Source of the DNA: Auanema rhodensis
Taxonomy: Eukaryota; Animalia; Nematoda
Length of the DNA stretch: 64,000 bases
NCBI GenBank assembly: GCA_964057225.1
Contig: OZ059897.1
Coordinates: 14,012,001 to 14,076,000, forward strand
Direction of reading: 5' to 3'
How positions within the stretch are numbered: the stretch's first letter is position 1; each line of letters starts with the position of its first letter. The notes under the pieces are model-generated. The model was given only the letters and a program-made list of their open reading frames with translations. It made no database searches and was not told the DNA's origin. This document shows positions 12,801-25,600 of the stretch, one piece after another. The position numbers were made by a program, and so were the translations under genes.

Positions 12801-14758
12801 GTCGTGAAAATGCTCATGTACACCCACACCATCTCATCATGAACTCTGACTTCTCATCACAATTTTCTTTGACTATCTTTCCATTGTATAACACTTCGAA
12901 AGAAAACCCCCTTAAATGAACATTTCATATAAAAGAAGAGGAAGCTGCACAATGCTTCCAATTACTATGTCTTTCCGGATAACCATAATTTTTTCTCAGT
13001 ACACGAAAATTATGCAAACGTAGCTTCTCACTTTACCATCAGTTTATGAACATTTGCTTTTGGGTATTGCAACTTATTCGCCATACTGTTTTTCTGTTCT
13101 ATACTTGCAATCAATTTTCTACAGTTTTTTATTGGTACTTCTAACAATCCACAACAGAAATATGCTTACATGTAAGTCAGACAGGCCTTCTTATCCTAAT
13201 AAGCTTCCCGCTCAGCTGACATGAACGTCATTCAAGTAAGGAGACAAATAATGGGTTTTTATTATTTTTCTGCATTATTTACTGTTTTCACTTGATAATT
13301 TTATATATTTCAAAATGTGAAATCGATTTTCCAGTTAAGTTTATTGAGCATCATGTCAAAAAACGTTTCCTGGAAATTTCCAAAATTAACCATATAGCTT
13401 CATGTCAATGACAGCTGTTGAAATGCATCAGACACATTTTCCTATATCAACCTTTAATTATTCCGATTAGAAACTTAGAAAGAAACATTTTTTGAAATCA
13501 ATTTGGTGAATCTACTTTTTTATATTATTTATCGTTTCTAGATCATAATATTAGGGGGTTACTCAGTAAAACAATCCTGAGAATGATTTTTAAATGAAGG
13601 AAAAATACAACGAAAATGAAGATTTTTGATTTTTATACGTCAAATGTTTCTGAAAATCTACATAATACTTATTGTTCAAGAACAACATTACAGAAATAAT
13701 ACCAATTTATCTTAAAGTGTCCTCATATATATTATTCATTTAATGAAGTTTTGTTATTAAATTATATATTCATATACATATATACATACTTTTGTTAGAA
13801 AATCAATTCTCATTAGAAATAAAAGAGAAATATAAGAGTTTTCTTGTAAAACATTATAAGATTGTTTTCTCAATAATTTCCATTGTCTCTTGAACTTTTC
13901 GAATGGTATATAGATGCATAATACATACATACATATATTTATGTATGCTCATGTGCATATGTATGAACACACTTCTGATTATGTGGCCAAGTTTTTGCAA
14001 TTACGTTGGAGTTTTTTTATTCTTCGCTCAAAATTTTTAGTATATTTCATTTCTTCTATAGTAAGATAATCGTATTAGCACGTTTCAAGACCCATTTCCT
14101 TACTAGAATAATCTAAATCTAATTCACAGCTTCGTGTGTGTAACCAAGTTCTACTGCTAAGTGGCACAATAAGAACCAACGATAACATTTGAACCAGATG
14201 ATGATCAGTATATCAAAATGATATCCGCTTTAGTTTAATATTATTCCAATTAAATACTTTTTTAAACTTGATATTAGCCGATCAAAAGTGGCAATTGAAT
14301 CTATGACTTCTGAACATCTAATGTCACATCCACTTTAAATTGGTTATGTTTGAAATTTGAAATTTCAAGTAGAAATGCAAGAAGTATCCACATATATCTG
14401 CTTAGATACCTATACTGTTTGGATAATCTGCTGATAACAAATATATGTATAAGCTGTTCAAAAGAAGAATATTCTATACCACATCTAATTCAGGCTCATT
14501 TACATCAAATTTTTAGATTTATTTACATCTTTTCCCTTTTATTATGAAAAATGCTCAATTCTTTTCTTTATCTTTAGCTTACACTTGCTTTGTGATTTTT
14601 TTTCAAATCACGGAACAAGCAGTTTGTGTTTTCTATTGAGCTATACGACAATGGTTTTCTTCACATTTACTAGGCCCGCATTTGAATCAAAGTCCTCAGC
14701 TGTTTCATTATCTTCTCCTATTTAATTTTTTTCAAATTAATAATCTATTTTCTCCAGT

Positions 14759-16595
14759 ATGACTGATGTCTATGAAGATGATGGATGCTATAATGTACAA
14801 GAAACATCATTTGATTACGAATATGATGCTACCATTGATTGGGGACAATTAACATTAGATGATTGTAATTGCAGTCATCCACTTCATAAATATTTAGCGG
14901 TAAATTTATTTTCATTCAATTCAAGTGTTCTTTCTGTTTGATGTTTACTGATTTTCTATATAACTTTGAAACATGGCTTTCAAATGAAATTTAAAATATA
15001 TCGTAAACAAAGCTATATGGTACGGATTGAACTAAATTATTTTATTTTCTATATTATCATTTCTTTAAACACCAGAAACAATTGGTTGTACTGTTAAAAT
15101 TTTAAGCAATCCTTTATGATTTTTCAAAAAAATGTATTAGAGCTGCGAAAAAAACCATCAAAATTGAATAAAACAGAAAAATGACTTCAACTTGCTTATA
15201 ATCTTCATAGCTAACTAAGCTGAATCACTATATTACTTGTACAATGATCTAGCATTGTAACGAGAAAAACAAAAACAATTTTCCAATGTATTCTGCGGCA
15301 TTTCATGGGGGGATGACATCATTAAATAAAAAAACCGACCTCATTTTCTTCATTTTAGGCTTGTGGTGATAAATGTAATGTGGTTCCAACAGGAATCTTT
15401 TTGAATCTAACGGATGAACAACTATTTGAGATAGCTTTACCAGCTCTCTTATATTTTGTTGTTTTTCTTGTAGGTACAATTGGCAATGCTATGGTGAACA
15501 TAAGTTTTACCAATTTTTTACAAAACTTTATCTCTTTCAGGTTATTTTTGTTGTTAACCGTTTTAAACGAATGAGAAATGTGACCAACGTTTTTTTAGCA
15601 TCTCTCAGTACAGCTGATCTCTGTTTGATATGGTTTTGTGTGCCAATTATGGTAATGAAATTTGTTCATAAAAAAAATTTAATATAATTTCTTATTATTA
15701 AAGTTTGTGAAATATATGTCCCATACATGGTTCATGGGACGTTTTGCTTGTTATTCTGTGCATTATATACAACAATTTACTTGTTTTTGTTCTGTATTAA
15801 CAATGACAATGATATCATTCGAAAGGTTGAATATTATTTATTTTAAACTTAAAGATACATTTGTTTTAAGATATCTAGCTATAGCTTATCCAATGAGAAA
15901 TATGTGGTTATCGTCTATTGGTCGAGCAAAAAAAGTATTATTCTACATTTAAATTTCTTTTTTTCAATTCATATTTAAGGTCATATTACTTATATGGCTA
16001 TTGTCTGCTTTTCTAGCAATACCTACAGCAATGAGGATAGACTATGAAACTAATGTGTCATTATCAGGAGATAGAGTATACTGGTGTCGACGAAGGTTCG
16101 AAAAGTTTTGATTTCAAAGATAACGTAGCTTTTTTTAGATTTCCAAGTAGTTTTTTTGGTATCCCGCAGACAAAACTTAATCGAATTTATGCAATATATC
16201 AGGTGATTATTGAATCAATTTTCATATTTCAAATCGTTTTTAGGTTCTACTACTCATAATTTTTCCTGTTGTTACAATGTCTATATGCTATGCTCGAGTT
16301 GCAGTTATTGTATATACTTCTTCAAAAAATAGAATTTTGCTCTCTCAAGCAATGTAGATTATACTCTTAAGTCGTCTGTGATTTAATTTTTTTAGGGTGG
16401 CATTTTCCAAAGCTGCCACGGATGCTGTGACATTTTCAGGATATAGTACAATTCCAATGATTTCAACAAGTCGACAACTGAAAACAGCTTGTACTACTAT
16501 TAATTCCTACAGCAAACAAAAGTCAAATCGAGTTGCCGAGTCGAATAAGAAACAAGTACGCTTCAACCTTTTTTAAAAGCCTCCCAAAGTGCTAT

Positions 16596-16626
<31 letters not shown>

Positions 16627-17884
16627 CATAGCTAGGAGAGAATAAGTCTCTCGATCTATTCATTATTTTGCAAAAAAAAAATTAAAGTGAGCTCTTAAAA
16701 CAAATATATTTCATAGATTGTGCAAATGCTGATTTCTATTGTTGTCATGTATACTATATGCTGGGTGCCTACTATTGGTAAGTAAATTACTCCTCAACTT
16801 TTTATGAACTTAAAATTTAAATTTGTATTGAAAATATTAAACAAACATTTTAAGTGGATGAACTGTTAACATCATTTGGATATATTTGTCGTACATCTAA
16901 TTCACCTGCTCTAAAACATATGAGAATGGGATTTAATGCTTTGGTCAGACTTTTTTAGATGTTTTTTAGTTTTGAAAATATTATTTACTTATTTTTCAGA
17001 CTTATTGTCAATCATGTATTAATCCTATACTTTATGCATTCATCTCACAGAACTTTCGAGCAACATTTAAATCAGCTTACTCACGTATGAAACATAGATT
17101 ACAGGTTAATTATAACCACATTTAATGTACTTTTATCTTTTTTAAAGGGTGTTGAAGAAATGAGATCAAGAATGGGTTCATGTTCTTCAGCGTCGATGTT
17201 ATCGACCCGAAACCACCATCGTATTTACGGCAGCAGTTTTAACACATTAACAGTTCCTGGACGGTATGATATCATAATTTCTATATTTTCTATTTTCTAT
17301 ATTTAAGATCTATTATAACTCCAAACATATCTAGAGATGCATCGCAACTCTCATTATGTAGACCTGTGTCACAAATGTCATTCTGCAGATCGATTGCTCC
17401 AGACGGAGTGACAACTCTGTAAAACATTTTATGTTTTTCGTATTAGTTTTTGTATTTCAGAGGACGTCCACGCAGTCCTACCGAGGTATCACGAGATTCT
17501 GGAAGACCTCGAAGCCCTACTGATGTCTCCCAGTTCAGTAGACCCAAATCTGCCATGAGGTATGTTATATTATATATATATCACTTCACTCTTTGTAAAA
17601 ACCATCTTAGACCAAGAAGCCCGACAGGTACATCACAGGTTTCTATCGCAATTCCAATGGGACGATCTCGAACTCCTACAGGTTGCTCAGAAGTATCTTT
17701 GAGCATATCGTCCAGGTTGGAGCAAGGTAGAAAAAACCTTACGAAAGTACTTAATTTCAGAGCCCGCAGTCCAACCGTCGCTTCTAATCAATCTGGGGCA
17801 TCAAAAAATAGCATGCCTTTACCAGAAATGGAATTTCTATCAGTTCAGGACGCTGTTCGTCCAAGGACTCCTCCATGTATTTAA
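14759..17884 (+). CDS. Class A (rhodopsin-like) neuropeptide GPCR with a long Ser/Arg/Pro-rich C-tail (multi-exon)
   Basis: TM1 FLVGTIGNAMV, TM2 MRNVTNVFLASLSTADL, TM3 LTMTMISFERYLAIAYP, TM6 YTICWVP, TM7 QSCINPILYAFISQNFR. The ATG at 14759 follows a ctccag acceptor. Stop at 17882-17884. Confidence 0.92.
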
Positions 17885-18059
17885 ATGTTTTACCTTCAAA
17901 AGGCTACAAACGGGTTCATCAAGAAATAATTCCATTATGTAGAATTTTATAAAATTATTCTAGGAATTATAATAAAACGTATTTATAATCACTTTTAACA
18001 GAAAACAACAACGACCTTTGTCAACAAATAAGAACAAGTTATAACAAATGAACAACAAA

Positions 18060-21037
18060 TTATTTCGTTAACTCAGCTTTCAACAATCTAGCTCCGGTAA
18101 ATGTATATTCTTTCAATTGCTTCATATTTACTACACTGGCAATTTTTTCTTTGGCACCTGGGGTTCCTGTATTAATCATTTTCAACAAAATATGACAACC
18201 CTTAAATAATAGAAATCAGATTAATATCCAAATTTTAAAGATTCAAACCTTGTTACATGAAATCCATGATCCAAATTCTTCGTTTAGCTCATTTAACAGA
18301 GCAGTAGTTAATCTTTCTTCAATAGGTAAATCAGCATCACATCTTAAATTAACTTAATGAGAATCTGGAAATAAAACATCTTTTTACCTTAAAACAGCAT
18401 TCATTAAAAAGTTTCCAGAAGGATGTTCAATAATATGGAATCGCTCATTATCCATGGGAATAAACTCCTGAAAAAAAGTTCTACGAATTAGAATAACTAA
18501 GTAGTCACTGACTTGTTTGCACAATTCGACAATAGCTTTATTACATTCAATTCTCATATCTGCTGGAACTTTACGATCAAAAAGATCATATTGAGCTAGA
18601 AAATACATATATATATATATGGTTATATGAAAACTCTCACTTGTAGTTTCTAAACAAGCAGCTAAAAATTTGACTTTGCTAATATTGAAGATCAATTCTT
18701 CCATATTAGCAGCTAGGAATGTATACAATGGCTCTTGGATAGCCTTGAACAACTCAGCATATCTATCTTTTTTCTCTTTTTTACTGTGTGGATTAGAATC
18801 CCCCTAGAAAATATAAAATTATCAGAAAGAGCACACAATTTACCTGTTGCAATTTAACAATTTCTAATTTGTCCATCGCACGACCATCTCTTGGGTGAAC
18901 AAGGTAATGAATAACTTTCTCTCCCCATGAATCCCGCACCAATTTACCAATTTCATGTCCTAATTCCTATATCATATTTTTTGAAGACAAAAATCTTCAA
19001 ATAAACGCTTACTGCTACAATATGTTTGTTAATCAAGACGGTATCATCAACGGTATCGAAAATGGCTTGCAAAGTTCTATGTCCATAATGCTCCAGAGCA
19101 GCATTTACTGCGAGGTCTTTGAAATTTTTGACAATCAACTAAAAAAGCTGAGATTATAAACAAGAGTATTAAACAAAGCTAGCCAACCTTTCTATCTTTA
19201 GCGGAAGAGTTCCAGATAATCTTCATAGCAACCATTGATCCTTCAGGAGTATGAACGATTTCAGGAATTTTATCCCGCAAAGAGTCAATAAGATTAATAA
19301 ATTGATCCTTATCACAATGGTTAAGAAAATCTAACAACAAACGATGAGTTAGTGAAAGCCGGAGGGTTGTTCTGAATAGAATATTGTTGTAACATATTAA
19401 GAAAACTACATACTTTTCAACCCAAACTTGTAAATGCTCTTCCATGTATTGCAAAATCAACTTCTTCTTTGCTGGTTCTGCTTGAATGATTTCGTCAAGA
19501 GTAAGAGGTTTATCATGCTGAAACATACATATAACATAGGAAGAATGAAACAAATTACTTACTCTGAACAGAACAAATTCTTTACCATAAAATTCTGAAA
19601 TAATATCGAATCTTTGCTGAACATTAGCAAAATCATTATAAACAGTTTCCAAAACCTGCAAAAATAACAAGTTCAATATTCTTACGAACAAGTTTACCTC
19701 AGCAGCATGTACAATTCTCATAAGAGATACAGCATGTCCACGGAAAGCATTGATTATGATTTCACGTTGAGTCTTTGAGCTTTAAATTCATATAATTAAA
19801 AAGCAGAATTTTAGAACATTTGCCTACCCATATTTCAACATTCTAAGAACGAAAAACCTGGCATACTTGCTTTTTGTCATACGAACGATTTCAGGGGTTA
19901 GTTCATCAAATACTGCAATAATCACATGTTCACATTTTCTTGGACGAAGATAACTCACACATATTTGTAATTCCGTTTCTCTTCAGGGCAAGTAAGCATT
20001 CAATAACACGACAGGTATCATGCGCATAAATGAATTTCGAAGCGTTACCCTAGAAGTATATCTGTGTTGCAGCCGAATAAAATTAAAATAATCACCTTGA
20101 CAAGCCCAACTAGTTTGCTGATACAATCATCCTTTTCAACTTTAGGGGTTTTGGTACTGTATATTAGAATATAAAATTAATAAATAAGAAATGAAAATTC
20201 ACCTTCTCACTTTTTCCCATAAAAGTTTTGCTTCCATCGCTTTATCAGCAAGAGGGTTTTTTTGAGCCTTAAAAAATCGATTCCAAATAGGAAATAAGAA
20301 TGGTGATATATACCTTTAGTTGTCTCAGGAAAGCCTTACGCTCCTTGCGGTCCATGTTGAGCAGCTGCTCCTTAACCTTCTTCGTGACTTGGATAGTACG
20401 CTTCTTCTTAGGAACTTCTACAAGTTTAGTTCCAGACGGAGTTTCCTTACTGTCCCCTTCTGTATCTTGTTTCATAGCTGCTTTCTTAGCCTAACGAAAA
20501 ACTGATTAAGAAAAATTACAAAAGTGGCAAACCTTCTGCTGAGCTTTCTCCTTTTTAGATCGTAATATTCCACGTCCAGGCTCAGCGTCTGATGGTTTAA
20601 TATCCAAATCCTTAACATTTTTGTCAAACACTTTAGTTCGTTCAATATTTGATGCAAATGATACCTAAATAAAATAATAAGCTGACACTCACAAAAGTTG
20701 AACTTACTCTTTTCTTAGGCTCTCTATTTGGCAGTTGACTACCAAAGGAAGATTCTGAACATATAGAATCACGTGTGTCATCATCATTTTGAGACCACTG
20801 TGATTCAAATTTCTCCAAATGTGCTTTTACTACTTTTTTCAAACTGTCCTTACGAACTTGTTCTTGTTCAATCTGGCAATGTTAAAACTAAGGTAGAACA
20901 AATGAAAGATCAGTTACCTTAACTATCTTTTTTCTGTCTACTTGATTTAATTTTAATCCTTTTGCTTTCTTTTCTAACACATTGGACACCTTCTTTTTAC
21001 CTTTGAATTTTTTTTCTTTTAGTCCCAATTTAGACAT
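18060..21037 (-). CDS. puf-12: Puf-A/PUM3 (penguin/Puf6) nucleolar Pumilio-repeat protein (multi-exon)
   Basis: Basic N-terminus MSKLGLKEKKFKG, then KFIYAHDTCRVIECL, MTKSKYARFFVLRMLKYG, FYGKEF, IVHTPEGSMVAMKIIWNSSAKDRK, FDTVDDTVL and HSKKEKKDRY, plus C-terminal CPL-type HIIEHPSG and WISCNKGCHIL segments. Confidence 0.92.
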
Positions 21038-22504
<1,467 letters not shown>

Positions 22505-22679
22505 TAGGTCTTTTTTGTTATAAGATCTTATTGTTCATAAATGGTCTGTATACCGGTTTTATTTATTATTTTATTCCGAATAAACATCAAAAGTTCATTT
22601 ACAACTATGTACAAACAATACACTGATTATGTGAGAAAATGGTAGATGAAAGCATGTACATTGAGCAATACATTGAGAT

Positions 22680-25600
22680 TTACTTTTTGATTATATGTTT
22701 ATCTTTCTCCAAACACTCGAACACAGCATTTCTCAAATGTCTATAGGTTCTCGTCAATTCTCCCATTCCTGTTTTTAATCCATTTGATACATAAGATATA
22801 ACCAACTGAAAATTTAATATTAGATAATGTCTAAATTTTGTATTTGAAAGTCATACTTCTTCATCCAAATCCATCATAACAGTACTTCCCCCGAAACCTG
22901 GATGACCAACAAGCCACCGATTCTTCAAATGCATATTCAAATTCTATTTTATATAATTAGTTTACCCCTCCTAATGGATGACGCTCATATAAAAAGCCAT
23001 GTCCTTTTGGTAGAGGAGTCATAACTACTTCATCTAGACCAGCGGCTATCTGTGGCTGTTTGAATCTTTCCAATAGACTCTTAATTTAAAAGAAAATTAT
23101 TACATCTGTATCTATTTGGTAATTACCTTATCGAATAAGTCACCATTCAACATTAGCGAAAATAGTTTTGCCAAATCTCTTGCTTTTGTTATTCCTAGCG
23201 CGGCCACCTGTTCCATAGCATGAAGCTCAGGATCATTAAATGTGTTGACATCCTAAAAAAATTAAAATAACCATTATGGTAATATTATAAAATACCTGCT
23301 CGAGCTTGAACCATTGTGGATTTTCTCTCATTTTTCGGGCTATTGACATAGGTGGGCGAAGATGAAGTACAGCCAATACGATCAAAACTCTATAGTATAA
23401 CTCAATAGTATAACTCTATAGTAGCTTATCACAAAGCTCTAAGCTTGGAAATTTTCCCTTCATGCATTTATGCAAAAGGTGAATAAAAATTTCTGCAAAA
23501 GAACTGGACATTGTCCTTATTGGCGGCGCTTAATGGGGAATTTGGTAAGTTACTATACACTTTATTCACTTTTAGAATACAGCTGTTGCGATCGAGCAGC
23601 CTAGGAGACACCAAGGGCATCGAGAACAACCGGATATAGTCTAAAGATCTTGCGAACGTTTATACGGCGATCAATCTAGACGAAAGGGTTAAGCGCCGCC
23701 GAAAGTTATGTTTGGCCGCTCAGCTATATAGCGGGCAGTTAGATTGCGCCGTATTCCATAGGGGTGTTTACTAAGCAGTACCAGTATACCACAATGACAA
23801 GTATGTAGTCATGTATGTGTGTATCAGGGTTGTGCATTTTACTTATTTTGCGGATCGGATCAGATCCGCATTTTAACCTCGCGGATCGGACCGTTTTTCG
23901 GATCTTTTTAGTGCATTTATTTGATTTTGTTTATTAAAACAGATAAGACATTCATTTAAAACCAAATGTGGGTACATTACATCTTAAAAATGTTAATTTT
24001 GAAAGTAAATCATCTGTTAATCTACTTCAAAAAATACCTCGATTGTAATAGTGTTGCAACATTTACTTTTTGAGATTCTTGAAATAAAACAGCTTTGAAT
24101 CGAGGATCTAGAAAGGTTGAAATCAAAGCATGTGGACTGGCCATGAGGTATGTGTCGAGTCTTTTTTTGATTGATTCCAACAGTTTTTTTTTAGTAGATC
24201 GAATAGTCGTTGTTACGAAAGTAGCATTTTCTATTTTCGTTTTCATGAATGCAGACATAGGGTAAACCTAAAAGACCAATCAAATATGAACTAACTAAAG
24301 AGAACCATTCCGATGCTCGTCGAGCGTGACTGTAACTTAGTTGTAATTTCAGATATTGGTTCAAGTAGAGTTTTTAAATCAAAAATGATATCCCATTCTT
24401 TCTTATTTATTGATGGGTAGCTGCACTGAATACTTTTAAAAGTAAAATTAAATAAAAAAAAATAAATAAAATTTAAATAAAATCCCAAAAAAAAAATTAA
24501 GTAGTAATAATTACGATCCGGTCCGATCCGCAAAATCCGCAGGACCAATTACGGATACGGATCTAGCGAAATACCGCAATATTGCGGATTTTGCGGATCT
24601 ATCGATCCGATCCGCACAACCCTGGTATGTATATAGTAGGAAGTCACATGTAAGTGACATATGTTTTAGTGTTTTAGAAAAAAGAACAATAAGAAATTAT
24701 AAAGTGCATATGAACCCATTAAAACTTCTAATCAAATCATATTAATTAATTTACCTTGGATCATGCACAATCTCCTTTATAAGATGAGTAGTTGGTGGCA
24801 TAGAGAGCCTAGAAACAGTGTGTTCCTCTGATGTAGGTAGCCCTATATGAAAGTCGATACCTGTAAAATAGATATCACATTGGATTCAAAAATCGGAAAA
24901 TGATACCATGCTTATCAGCTACTTCTTCTTTGAAAAACTGGCCAACTGATCTATGCTTGGGATCAGCTCGTCTCACAATTTGATCGACAATCCATCCATA
25001 TGTTATAGCATGATAACTGAAATAAAGAATACAAAAAGTATATAAAAAATAGTTTCGTACCCATGCTTAGTTCCCGGTTCCCAGTTTGGAATTTGCTTTT
25101 CAATAGCAGCAGCCATTTTTTGAAAATTTTTAGCATCATCGCGAGAAATCGGTTCATCCAAAGCCGCTAGCCCGGCCTGAAATTATTGATGTAATTTCTT
25201 AATATATTATATTTTCGATGCTAACTCTATGAGACATAAGCATATCAATTGTTATGTTTTCCTTTCCATTTGATGCAAACTTTGGCCAGTAATCAGCCAT
25301 TTTGTCCTCATAACGCAGATATCCACGATCAACTAACATCGCAACACATAGAGCACCAACAGCCTGTGAATTGGAAATGTTTGAAAAGTAGTTTCTTCTT
25401 CGTAAATACTTTGGTTGTACTGAAGACAACAGTTCTTGTTTCGTTGGTCCATTTTCTTCCAGAAGATTTATCAGCAAATCCACCCTGAATAATGAAGGAA
25501 CTGTTAATGAGTTAAAGCATACTTAAAACATGATTGATCAAAAAAAAACACAAAAAGGTTTGAAAATTGTTAAACTATTGAAATTTATGAATTTTTCATG

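Noticed and set aside
23590-23645. Group I intron-like words (GATATAGTC resembling the S element; GCAGCC resembling Q)
   Set aside because: There is no matching R element (GACTA) to form P7 and no P3/P4/P6 pairing.
23430-23780. Intron-hosted telomerase RNA, hammerhead or HDV ribozyme as the identity of the island
   Set aside because: There is no ~1.5-repeat CTAAGCCTAA template on either strand, no CUGANGA core, and no HDV nested-pseudoknot consensus.
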